Source: Candidatus Eiseniibacteriota bacterium
GTDB taxonomy: Bacteria > Eisenbacteria > RBG-16-71-46
Length of the DNA: 64,000 bases
Assembly (NCBI GenBank): GCA_044223005.1
Contig: JBGAML010000010.1
Location: 1 to 64,000, forward strand
Direction: 5' to 3'
Below are positions 31,416-40,659 of the stretch, one piece after another. The translations under genes were made by a program, and so were the position numbers. Below the pieces are notes generated by a model. That model was not told where the DNA came from. It made no database searches and saw nothing but the letters and a program-made list of their open reading frames with translations. The stretch's first letter is position 1. Each line of letters begins with the position of its first letter.

Positions 31416-32945
31416 ATGCGTTCAGCGCCGACGTTCCCGCGTGTGCCGGCATCGCGTGCGGCGAGCATCGCGTGGACCTGCGGCACGCTGCTCGCCCTCG
31501 CGCTCCCGGCGTACGCGACCGTGGTCGCGAACCTCGACCAGCGCACGCTTGGCGTGAACCGGCTCGCGCTCCCGCTCACCAACGCGGGCTCGTTCGCGTC
31601 GCACCATCTCCTCGACGGCGGCACGGCCGCCCCCGGCCTCGAGTTCCCGCGCGGCAGCGGCAGGTTCGTCGCGTTCGCCGGCGGCGTCTGGCTCGTGGGC
31701 CGCGACGGCCCGTCGCTCGCCGAAGCGATCGTGGAATACGGGACCGAGTTCCGGCCCGGGCCGTTCCAGGCCATCGCCGGTCCGATCCCGCCCGGCGCGT
31801 TCCCGGTCCACGCGATCTCGCGTGCGGACACGTCGGGCACCGCCGACTGGATGGCGTACGCGGTGCCGTACGGCGCGCCGCTCGATTCGACCGGCGCGCG
31901 GCCGGGCCACCTCGGCGACCAGACGCTGTGGACCGTGTGCACGGACCAGGGCGTCACCGAATCGCAGCGCGGCGGCGGCACGCGCGGCCCGCTCGGGCTC
32001 GAACTGCAGACGACCGCTTGGGGATTCGACCGCGGCCTCGCGCTGCGCGACGTGGCGTTCCTGCGCTTCCGGCTCGTGAACCATCGCGGGCTCCCGATCG
32101 ACAGCGCGTACGTCGGCGTGTGGTACGACGCCGATATCCGCTCCGCGGACAGTCCCGCGGCGTCGGACACCGCGCTCGACATGGCCTACGTCTATCGCAC
32201 GACGGACGACACGCAGTACGGCGCGGCCGGACCCGCGACGGGCATCGTGCTGCTGCAGGGCCCGCGCGACGCGGGCGTGTGGCTGCGGCCCGGCGCGATC
32301 GTCGGCTACGCGAACGGGGCGGACCCGACGGGCCCGGAGCAATACGCGAACGCACTGCACGGGCTCTTTCCGTGGGGCGCCCCGATGATCGACCCGACGA
32401 CCTCGTCGCCCGCGCGCTTCTTCGCGCCGGGCGATCCGGTCACCGGCACCGGCTGGCTCGAGCCCGGCGTGATCCACCCCAAGGTCGTGGTCGCGATGGG
32501 GCCGTTCACGTTCGCTGCGGGCGACACGCAGGACGTGATCGCGGCGATCGTGGTGGGCCAGGGCGCGAACCGGCTCGCCTCGATCGCGGCGTTGCGCGCG
32601 AACGCGCGCGAGGCTCGCGCGGCGTTCGCGGACGATTTCCGCTCGCTGCCGCCGCCCACGCCCGAACCGCGGCGCGCGCTGTCGGCGTGGCCGACGCCGG
32701 CCACGGGCGAGGTCCGCTTCGCGCTGCACGTACCCGCGGGCGGCGCGGCAGTCCGGATCGAGCTCTACGATCTGCTCGGCCGGCGCGTGCGCACGCTCGA
32801 CGCGGGCGCGCTCGACCCCGGCGTGCGCACCGTCACGTGGGACGGCCGCCGCGACGACGGCACCGCGGCGCGCACGGGCGTCTACCTCGCGCGTGCGACC
32901 GTGGGCGGCGAGGAGCGGAGCGGCCGCATCGTGCTCGTGCGTTGA
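31416..32945 (+). CDS. Secreted protein with FlgD-Ig/T9SS-like C-terminal sorting domain
   Basis: Signal peptide; GLEFPRGSG, GDQTLW, GPFTFAAGDTQ; C-terminal WPTP...LYDLLGRRV...WDGRRDDG...GVYL. Confidence 0.75.
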   Translation: MRSAPTFPRVPASRAASIAWTCGTLLALALPAYATVVANLDQRTLGVNRLALPLTNAGSFASHHLLDGGTAAPGLEFPRGSGRFVAFAGGVWLVGRDGPSLAEAIVEYGTEFRPGPFQAIAGPIPPGAFPVHAISRADTSGTADWMAYAVPYGAPLDSTGARPGHLGDQTLWTVCTDQGVTESQRGGGTRGPLGLELQTTAWGFDRGLALRDVAFLRFRLVNHRGLPIDSAYVGVWYDADIRSADSPAASDTALDMAYVYRTTDDTQYGAAGPATGIVLLQGPRDAGVWLRPGAIVGYANGADPTGPEQYANALHGLFPWGAPMIDPTTSSPARFFAPGDPVTGTGWLEPGVIHPKVVVAMGPFTFAAGDTQDVIAAIVVGQGANRLASIAALRANAREARAAFADDFRSLPPPTPEPRRALSAWPTPATGEVRFALHVPAGGAAVRIELYDLLGRRVRTLDAGALDPGVRTVTWDGRRDDGTAARTGVYLARATVGGEERSGRIVLVR

Positions 32946-33045
32946 GCGCGGCCGGGCCCGGCGATCGGCGGCCGCGGGGCCGCGTTCGTCCGGCATCCCC
33001 GCGGGCAGTCCCAACGTTGCGCCGCCGGCCGCTATCGTAGCCCGC

Positions 33046-34296
33046 ATGCGCACCTCCCCGATCCGGCGCGGTCTCGCGCCCCGCACGTCCCTCGTCGTCT
33101 TCGTACTCGCCCTCACGACCGCGTTCGCGGCCATCGCTCGCGCCGACGAACCCGTCCGCGTCGTCCGCCGCACCGTCTCGCCCGCCGACGGCGCGCCCGC
33201 GCCGCTGCCGCAGAGCGGCGCGCTGCCGCCGCCCCACGCGATCGATTTGGCGGGCGAGCGCGTCGAGATCCCGATGCGGCTCGTCGACCGCCGTCCGGTG
33301 GTCGAAGCGCGCATCGACGGCAAGGGTCCGTTCCGGCTCGGCATCGAGACCGGGGCCGCGTTCGTCGCGCTCACGCGCGTCGCCCTCGACTCGCTGCACC
33401 TGCAACCGTCGCGTCACGACGAGGCGGGCGACGTGTACGCGGTCAGCGCGATCACCACCGGCGGGGCGACGTTCCGCGGGGTCGAGGTGCGGGACGCGGC
33501 ACCGGTCGACACGCGGATCGACGGGTTCCTCGGGCTCGGCGCCTTCCAGGACCTGCTGCTCACGCTCGACTATCCGCACGAGCGCGTCGTGCTCGAGCGC
33601 GGAGCGCTGCCCGCACCGGACGGCCAGCACGTGTTCGCCGCAGCGCACGCCGGTCCGTTCGTCGCGCTCGACCTCGACGTCGCCGGAAGATCCGTGCGTG
33701 CGGTGCTCGACACCCGCGGCGCGAGCGCGTTCGGCGTGACGCCCGACGCGGGCGCGGCGCTGTCGTTCGCGGCGCCGCCGGTGGTGGTCGGCCAGGCCCG
33801 CGGCGCGGCGATCCCCGTGACCGAGGTGAAGCTCGGCCGGCTCGCGGGCGACGTGCGGATCGGCGACGTCGTGTTCCAGCGGCCGCTGGTCTCGGTGCAT
33901 GCGGCGCCCCCGGGCTTCCCCGATGCGATCCTCGGTGCGGGGGCACTCGTGAACCTCGTCGTGACGCTCGACCAGCGCGCGATGCGCGTGCGGCTCGTGC
34001 CGGGAACACCCGGCCCCATCGCGGCGCCGCCGCCGGTCACGGACCTCGGCATGCGGCTCCGCCAACGTCCGGGCGAAGCGCCCGAGGTGGGCGACGTGCG
34101 CCCGGGCACGCCCGCCGATTCGCTGGGCGTGCGCGCGGGCGATCGCCTGATCGAGGCGAACGGCATGGCGAGCGCGCAGCTCGATCCGGCGCGATGGCGC
34201 TCGCTCGCGGGCGCGGGCCAGCCCGTGGCGCTCAAGCTCCAGCGCGGCGAACAGGTGCTCGAGCTCGTCGTGCCGCCGGCGATCCTGGTGCCCTGA
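33046..34296 (+). CDS. Secreted tandem retropepsin-like aspartyl protease with C-terminal PDZ domain
   Basis: Signal peptide; IETGA and LDTRGA motifs, DGFLG and DAILG, PDZ PGTPADSLGVRAGDRL. Confidence 0.8.
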   Translation: MRTSPIRRGLAPRTSLVVFVLALTTAFAAIARADEPVRVVRRTVSPADGAPAPLPQSGALPPPHAIDLAGERVEIPMRLVDRRPVVEARIDGKGPFRLGIETGAAFVALTRVALDSLHLQPSRHDEAGDVYAVSAITTGGATFRGVEVRDAAPVDTRIDGFLGLGAFQDLLLTLDYPHERVVLERGALPAPDGQHVFAAAHAGPFVALDLDVAGRSVRAVLDTRGASAFGVTPDAGAALSFAAPPVVVGQARGAAIPVTEVKLGRLAGDVRIGDVVFQRPLVSVHAAPPGFPDAILGAGALVNLVVTLDQRAMRVRLVPGTPGPIAAPPPVTDLGMRLRQRPGEAPEVGDVRPGTPADSLGVRAGDRLIEANGMASAQLDPARWRSLAGAGQPVALKLQRGEQVLELVVPPAILVP

Positions 34297-34303
34297 CCCC
34301 GCG

Positions 34304-34924
34304 TCAGTTCCGGCGGGCGACCGCCGAGACGATCGCGACTACGAGCCCGAGCGCGGCGAGCCCGATCGTCACCGCGAGCGCCACCGTGCTGCGTCCGCCG
34401 CCGCCGAAGCGCGCGGCGGCTTCGGCCGCGATCGGGTCGACGCCGAGACCCTTCTGGGCAATCGCCACCTCCCGCGTCTCCTCGCGCAGCACCGCGAGGA
34501 ACTCGGCGTATCCGGGTGAGCGGCTCGTGAGGCCGAAGTGCCGCGTGTCCCCGGTCGCGCCGTCGCGCAGTGTGATCCGCGTGTGGAGATCGCTGCCGCC
34601 CTTGTCCACGTAGCGGTACGTGTCCACGGCGCGCACGTCCGCCCAGCGCGCGCGCACCTCGCGGAAGATCATCAGCCCGCCGAGGCCGCGGTCGACGTAC
34701 GTGAAGCCGTCGTCGTCGGTGCGGACCAGCACGTCGGGCGTACGCACGAAGTAGAGCGCGAGCCACGCGAGGCCGAACGCCACGCCGTAGCCGAGTTCGT
34801 GACCGGGCGAGGCCTGCGTCCACGCGAGCCAGGCGAAGAAGGCCGCGGATGCCAGCCACGCCGCGACCGTGACCGCCCGCGTGGCAGGGGCCAGGAAGCG
34901 CACCTCGACCGCACCTCGAACCAC
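34304..34924 (-). CDS. Hypothetical membrane protein (bacterial PH-like domain; start uncertain)
   Basis: Two N-terminal TMs, RARWADVRAV, C-terminal TM; GGAGG before GTG 34924. Confidence 0.55.
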   Translation of the reverse strand: MVRGAVEVRFLAPATRAVTVAAWLASAAFFAWLAWTQASPGHELGYGVAFGLAWLALYFVRTPDVLVRTDDDGFTYVDRGLGGLMIFREVRARWADVRAVDTYRYVDKGGSDLHTRITLRDGATGDTRHFGLTSRSPGYAEFLAVLREETREVAIAQKGLGVDPIAAEAAARFGGGGRSTVALAVTIGLAALGLVVAIVSAVARRN

Positions 34925-35366
34925 GAGTTCCTCCCGGGGGGCGCGGGACGGATCGGCACTCCCGCGCCGGGATCCCCTCGCCGAAACGGCGGTACGGCCG
35001 GTGCCCACGCGAAGGATCCCCCAGACCTCACGCGCGGGTCGCCCGGCCGCCCTCTGTTCCGGTCAACGTCCGAGGCGGCGAAATCAGTCGGGGAATCGGC
35101 GGCCCCGAGGCGTCGGCGCGGCGGGCGCGGGCCGGCCGAAACGTCCCGGCCGGCGAACCCGTGCGAAGTTTCCCCCGAAAGCTCACGCGCGGGCCGCCGA
35201 ACCGGTACGGAGGAGAGAACGCCGCGGCGCCCGAAACCGAACGGGAATTCGCGTCAGCGCAGCGTGACCGCCACCGGCACCGGCGCGGAACGCGCGAGCC
35301 GCTGGAGCACGGAATACGGCACGGCGCGGTCTATGCGCGGCTGCGCGCGCACGGCAGCCGGAACGC

Positions 35367-35403
35367 ACGCGGGCCGGGGCGGATCCTCCGCCCCGGCCCG
35401 CGT
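35367..35403 (-). terminator. Hairpin downstream of fhs
   Basis: 17-bp perfect stem ACGCGGGCCGGGGCGGA/TCCGCCCCGGCCCGCGT. Confidence 0.6.
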
Positions 35404-35420
35404 CGATTCCGCTCTTCCCG

Positions 35421-37049
35421 TCAACGCGAGAACACGATCTCCCCGTCGTCGTTCAGGTCGAACTTGCCCGCGAGCGGCTCCTTGGGCAGGCCCGGCATGC
35501 GCATGATCTCGCCCGTGATCGGGATCACGAAGCCCGCGCCGGCGGCGAGCTGGATCTCGCGCACCGTGACGAGGAAGTCCTTGGGCCGCCCGAGCAGCGC
35601 CGGGTTGTCCGACAGCGACTGCTGCGTCTTGGCGATGCAGACGGGCAGCTTGCCGAAGCCGGCCTTCTCGAGCTGCGCCAGGTCGCGCTTGCCGCGCGCG
35701 GTGTAGTCCACCGCCTGCGCCCCGTACATCTCGTGCGCGATCGTGGCGATCTTCTTCTCGATCGGGTCGTTCCAGTCGTAGAGCGGCGTGAACTTCGGCT
35801 CGGTCTTCGCCACCAGGTCGCGCACGACCTCGGCCAGCTCGACGCAGCCCTTGCCGCCTTCGCTGAACGTCTTCGCCACCACCGCGGGGATCCCGAGCGA
35901 GGCGCAGTGCGCCTTCAGCGTGTCGATCTCTTCCTTCTGGTCGGTCGGGAAGTGGTTGATCGCGACCACGCAGGGCTGCCCGAACTTCTTGATGTTCTCG
36001 AGGTGCTTCTCCATGTTGGCGAAGCCGCGCACCATGGCCGCCGCGTCGAACTCGCCCACGTCCGCGAGCCGCTTGCCGCCGTGCATCTTGAGCGCGCGGA
36101 TCGTGGTGACGAGCACCGTGCATGCCGGCGCGAACCCGCCGTAGCGGCAGTTGATGTCGAAGAACTTCTCGGCGCCGAGCTCGAACGCGAAGCCGGCTTC
36201 CGTGCAGACGATGTCGGCGTAGCTGAGCGCGGCCTTGGTCGCCATGATCGAGTTCGTGCCGTGCGCGATGTTGGCGAACGGCCCGCCGTGCACGAACGCG
36301 GGCACGCCCTCGGTGGTCTGCACGAGGTTGGGCTTCACGGCCTCCTTGAGCAGGGCCGCCATCGCGCCCACCGCGCCGAGGTCGGCGGCGGTGACCGGCG
36401 TGGCGTCGGCGCGGTAGCCGACCACGATCCGGCCGAGGCGCGCCTTGAGGTCGGCGATGCCGTCGGAGAGGCAGAGCACCGCCATCACCTCGCTCGCGGC
36501 GGTGATGTCGAAGCCGGTCTCGCGCGGGATGCCCTCGGTGCGGCCGCCCAGGCCGATCACGATGTCGCGCAGCGCGCGGTCGTTCATGTCGACGACGCGC
36601 TTCCACGTGACGCGGCGCGGGTCGAGACCGCTCGGCGCGCCGTAATGCAGGTGGTTGTCCACCAGCGCGGCCAGCAGGTTGTGCGCGGCCGAGACGGCGT
36701 GGAAGTCGCCGTTGAAGTGCATGTTGATGTCCATCACCGGCAGCACTTCGCTCGCACCGCCGCCGGCGCCGCCACCCTTCATGCCGAACACGGGCCCGAG
36801 GCTCGGCTCGCGCAGCGCCGCCGCCGCGCGCACGCCGATCTTCGAGAGCCCCTGCACGAGGCCGACGGTCGTCGTGGTCTTGCCTTCGCCGGCGGGCGTC
36901 GGCGTGATGGCCGAGACGAGCACGAGCTTGCCGCGTCGCGGGCGGCTCATGAACGTCGGCAGCGGGAGCTTGGCCTTGTAGTGGCCGTAGGGCTCGAGCT
37001 GCGAGGGATCGATGTCGAGCGTGCGGGCGACTTCGGCGATCGGCTTCAT
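35421..37049 (-). CDS. fhs: Formate--tetrahydrofolate ligase
   Basis: ITPTPAGEGKTT, REPSLGPVFGMKGG, HGGPFANIAHG, CIAKTQQSLSD, MRMPGL. Confidence 0.97.
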   Translation of the reverse strand: MKPIAEVARTLDIDPSQLEPYGHYKAKLPLPTFMSRPRRGKLVLVSAITPTPAGEGKTTTTVGLVQGLSKIGVRAAAALREPSLGPVFGMKGGGAGGGASEVLPVMDINMHFNGDFHAVSAAHNLLAALVDNHLHYGAPSGLDPRRVTWKRVVDMNDRALRDIVIGLGGRTEGIPRETGFDITAASEVMAVLCLSDGIADLKARLGRIVVGYRADATPVTAADLGAVGAMAALLKEAVKPNLVQTTEGVPAFVHGGPFANIAHGTNSIMATKAALSYADIVCTEAGFAFELGAEKFFDINCRYGGFAPACTVLVTTIRALKMHGGKRLADVGEFDAAAMVRGFANMEKHLENIKKFGQPCVVAINHFPTDQKEEIDTLKAHCASLGIPAVVAKTFSEGGKGCVELAEVVRDLVAKTEPKFTPLYDWNDPIEKKIATIAHEMYGAQAVDYTARGKRDLAQLEKAGFGKLPVCIAKTQQSLSDNPALLGRPKDFLVTVREIQLAAGAGFVIPITGEIMRMPGLPKEPLAGKFDLNDDGEIVFSR

Positions 37050-37215
37050 GCGCTTCAGCCTCTCCTGACCGGACGGCGGGTGGGATGTCGCGATTTCGGG
37101 ACGGGGCATCCTCGCGCCTCCCCCGGCGCCGCGCAACCGCCGCAGCGGCACGGCTCGGGACCGCTTCGGCGGCTGCCGAAGGGCCGCAATCCCCCGTTGT
37201 TGCCGCCACTTCGGG

Positions 37216-37244
37216 CTCAAGGGTGAGGCGCCCCACGCCGATCT
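37216..37244 (+). promoter_or_regulatory. sigma28-like promoter of the DUF11 operon
   Basis: CTCAA-N16-GCCGATCT, about 180 nt upstream of the first gene. Confidence 0.55.
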
Positions 37245-37424
37245 CACCCCGTGGCAGGCATCCGACCCGTGGCTTACGGCCCCTCAGCCCAAGCGTCGGG
37301 TGACACACTTCTCGCACTCGCACCTTCGTCCTCCGGAGCCTCGCCGGTCGCACCGGCGCGCGGTTCACCGCGCGTCGGGGCGCGCGTCGTCCGTTGCATC
37401 GGACTCACACGGGAGGTTTCGGCG

Positions 37425-37925
37425 ATGAAGGGATTCCGCAAGCGAGTGCTCGCGCTCGCGATCGCGACCGCGGCGGTGATGCCGCTGGTGGCGTTCGCGG
37501 CCGGCGACGTGCACGTCGCGCTGACCGCGCAGGCGGTGAGCGTCGTGAACGGGCGCGATGTGTACCAGCCGGCCGACAAGGCTCGCCCCGGCGACGTGCT
37601 CGAGTACCGGGCCACGTACCGGAACGACGGCAGGACGGCCGTCCGTGACTTCCAGGCGACGCTGCCGATCCCGCGCGGACTCGAGTTCGTGCCGGGCACG
37701 GCGACCCCCGGTGCGCTCGCCAGCCTCGACGGCACCACCTTCGAGCCCATGCCGATCGTGCGGAAGGTGCGCACGGCGGACGGGCACTGGGTGAACCGCG
37801 AGGTGCCGGCGTCGGAATACCGGTCGCTCCGCTGGCCGCTCGGCCAGGTGGCGGGTGGTGCGCAGCGCGTCGTCGTGGCGCGGGCGCGGATCTCGCCGCT
37901 GCAGGCCGCGGCCGTCACGCGCTGA
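37425..37925 (+). CDS. Small secreted single DUF11-like domain protein
   Basis: Signal peptide; ARPGDVLEYRATYRNDG...LPIPRGLEFVPGT...LRWPLGQV; GGAGG RBS. Confidence 0.8.
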   Translation: MKGFRKRVLALAIATAAVMPLVAFAAGDVHVALTAQAVSVVNGRDVYQPADKARPGDVLEYRATYRNDGRTAVRDFQATLPIPRGLEFVPGTATPGALASLDGTTFEPMPIVRKVRTADGHWVNREVPASEYRSLRWPLGQVAGGAQRVVVARARISPLQAAAVTR

Positions 37926-38052
37926 CCCTTCGTTCCTTCCGGATCCGCCGCGCGTGATGCGTGCGGCCGTGGCCACCCTTGCGCCCCGGCCGTGACGGCA
38001 TGCGCCGTTCTCGAGCCCCGGTACCGCCGCCCAAAACCCTCGGAGTCACCCG

Positions 38053-40659
38053 ATGATCGCAGGCATCCTCAACGGCCGCCGGTCCCTCGTGGCCACCACG
38101 TGCGCGCTCGCGCTCGCGGTGTTCGCCACGTTCGGACCGGGGACGGCGTCCGCGGCCCCGCCCGCGGGCACGTCGATCGGCAACCAGGCCACGGCCACGT
38201 ACGTGGACGCGGCCTCGCAGAGCTTCACGGTCACCTCGAACGCGGTCGTGACGATCGTGCAGCAGGTGGCGAGCTTCACGCTCACCGCCCCCGGCACGCG
38301 CACGGCGGCGCCGGGCGGTTCGGCCGTGTTCCCGCACGTCCTGACCAACACCGGCAACGGCACGGACGCCTTCAACCTCGCGACGATCAACCTCGGCGGT
38401 GACAACTTCGACCTCACCGGCCTGGCGATCTACGCGGACGCGGACGGCAACGGCGTGCCGGACAACTTCACGCCGGTGACCACGACGGGCCCCCTCGCGG
38501 CGGGCGCGGCGTACCACTTCGTGATCATGGGCAGCGTGCCCGGCGTGCAGGTCGGCGGCGACATCGCCCGCGCCCGCATCACCGGCACGAGCGCGTTCAA
38601 CGCCACGATCACCGCCAGCAACGACGACCAGGTCACCGTCACGGGCAACGCCGTGATGAACGTGACCACGGCGATCAGCCAGCCGAGCGGGCCGTCGCCC
38701 TCGGGTCCGTACACGTACACCGTCACCTACACCAACGCCGGCAATGCCACTGCGACGAACGTGCGCCTCACGAACACGATTCCCGCGGGCATGACGTACG
38801 TCCCGGGCTCGGCGCGCTGGAGCGTGACGGGTGCGTCGGTGCTTTCGGACGCCGACTCGACGGATGCGCAGGGCACGGTGCCGTCGACGATCCGGTACGA
38901 CTTCAACGTCGCCACGCCGGGCGCGGCGACGGCGATCGTGGCGCAGGTGCCGGCCGGCCAGTCCGGCAGCATCACGTTCATGGTCAACGTCAACGCGGGC
39001 CTCGCGCCGCAGGTCATCAACGACGCGACGCGCTACGCCTACTTCGACGGCGCGGCCAACGCCGGTCCGTTCACGACGAACGTCGCCTCGTTCACCGTGA
39101 CGCAGACGGTGTCGCTCACGTTCACGGGCCAGACGATCGCGAGCGCGCTGCAGGGCGCGGCGGTCTTCTTCACCGACCACCTCGTCAACACGGGCAACGG
39201 CACCGACCGCTTCAACATCACGGGCCTGATCGGCTCGTTCCCGGTTGGCTCGACGTTCCAGCTCTTCCAGAGCGACGGCGTCACGCCGCTGTCGGACAGC
39301 AACGCCGACGGCATCCCGGACACCGGCCCGCTGGCCGGCGGCGCGTCGTACGACGTGGTCGTGCGCGTGCAGCTGCCGACCAACGCCACGGGCGGCCCGC
39401 AGTCGATGACGGTCACGGCGACCTCGGTGGCCAACCCGGGCGTCTCGGCGACCGCGACGAACACGCTGACCGTGATCAACGGCAACTCGGTCGACCTCAC
39501 GAACAACTCGGCGCTGCCGGGTGCGCCCGGCGCCGGTCCCGGCCCCGAGGCCACGTTCGTGATCCGCAACGCGACCAACCCGGGCACGACGACCCGCTTC
39601 ACGCTCGTCGTGAACAACACCAGCGGCCAGCCGGACAACTACGATCTCGGGGCGAGCACGAACGCGACGTTCGCCACGACGACGCTGCCGGCGGGCTGGA
39701 CGGTCTCGTTCCTCAACACGGCGCTGTCGGTCATCACCAACACGGGCGTCATCCCCGGCGGCGGCAACGTCACCGTGTACGCCGACGTGACGGTGCCGGC
39801 GGGCTTCGCGGCCGGCGACGTGGACCTGTACTTCCGCTCGCGTTCGCCGGTGTCGGCGGCGTCGGACCGGATCCACGACCAGGTGCGCGTGAACGTCGTG
39901 CGTGCGCTGACGCTGGTGCCGAACAACACCGCGCAGGTGATCCCGGGCGGCTTCGTCGTCTACTCGCACACGCTGAGCAACAACGGCAACGTGACCGAGG
40001 GTGACGGCACCGGCTCGCTCGTGACGCTGACGCGCGCGGACGACCAGTCCGGCTGGAACTCGGCGCTCTACTGGGACGCCAACTTCAGCGGTTCGTTCGA
40101 CGTCGGCGACCTGCCGATCGTCAACCTGTCGTCGTTCGGCGGTCTCGCGCCGGGCGGCAGCCTGCGCATCTTCGTGCAGGTGTTCGCGCCGGCCGGCGCC
40201 CCGCTCGGCCAGCTGAACACGACGACCGTCTCGGCCACGACGGCCAACCTCGCCTACACCAGCGCGGTGCCGGCGGTGGTCAACGTCACGGACGGCACGA
40301 CGATCATCAACGGCCAGCTCGTCATCACGAAGACGCAGAGCCTCGACAAGGATTGCAACGGCGTCGAGGACAGCACCTTCACGTCGACGAACCTGGCCTT
40401 CGGCGCGATCCCCGGCGCCTGCATCCGTTACGAGATCACGGTGACCAACATCGGCACCACGCCGGTGACCAACGTGGTGGTGAACGATGCGACGCCGGCG
40501 AACACCGTCTCCTCCAACGCGGCGGCGGCGTTCATCTCGATCGGCACGCTGACGGTGCCGGCCGACGGCGCGACCGGCCCGGTGACGGGCGTGGTCGGGT
40601 CGCTCGGGCCCGGTCAGTCCTCCACGATCCGCTTCAGCGTGAGGATCAACTTCCCGTGA
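38053..40659 (+). CDS. Secreted DUF11/Ig-repeat protein (putative fibre shaft subunit)
   Basis: Signal peptide, Thr/Asn/Gly-rich beta repeats (HVLTNTGNGTD-like, 4 copies), DUF11 motifs, DxDxNG loops. Confidence 0.85.
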   Translation: MIAGILNGRRSLVATTCALALAVFATFGPGTASAAPPAGTSIGNQATATYVDAASQSFTVTSNAVVTIVQQVASFTLTAPGTRTAAPGGSAVFPHVLTNTGNGTDAFNLATINLGGDNFDLTGLAIYADADGNGVPDNFTPVTTTGPLAAGAAYHFVIMGSVPGVQVGGDIARARITGTSAFNATITASNDDQVTVTGNAVMNVTTAISQPSGPSPSGPYTYTVTYTNAGNATATNVRLTNTIPAGMTYVPGSARWSVTGASVLSDADSTDAQGTVPSTIRYDFNVATPGAATAIVAQVPAGQSGSITFMVNVNAGLAPQVINDATRYAYFDGAANAGPFTTNVASFTVTQTVSLTFTGQTIASALQGAAVFFTDHLVNTGNGTDRFNITGLIGSFPVGSTFQLFQSDGVTPLSDSNADGIPDTGPLAGGASYDVVVRVQLPTNATGGPQSMTVTATSVANPGVSATATNTLTVINGNSVDLTNNSALPGAPGAGPGPEATFVIRNATNPGTTTRFTLVVNNTSGQPDNYDLGASTNATFATTTLPAGWTVSFLNTALSVITNTGVIPGGGNVTVYADVTVPAGFAAGDVDLYFRSRSPVSAASDRIHDQVRVNVVRALTLVPNNTAQVIPGGFVVYSHTLSNNGNVTEGDGTGSLVTLTRADDQSGWNSALYWDANFSGSFDVGDLPIVNLSSFGGLAPGGSLRIFVQVFAPAGAPLGQLNTTTVSATTANLAYTSAVPAVVNVTDGTTIINGQLVITKTQSLDKDCNGVEDSTFTSTNLAFGAIPGACIRYEITVTNIGTTPVTNVVVNDATPANTVSSNAAAAFISIGTLTVPADGATGPVTGVVGSLGPGQSSTIRFSVRINFP

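Noticed and set aside
37285..37352. ZTP (pfl) riboswitch upstream of fhs (minus-strand GACCGGCG...CCCGACGCTTGGGC)
   Set aside because: Lacks the P1/P2 pairing and GGRAGC element, and GACCGGCG is part of a simple hairpin; an Infernal search with the pfl model would settle it
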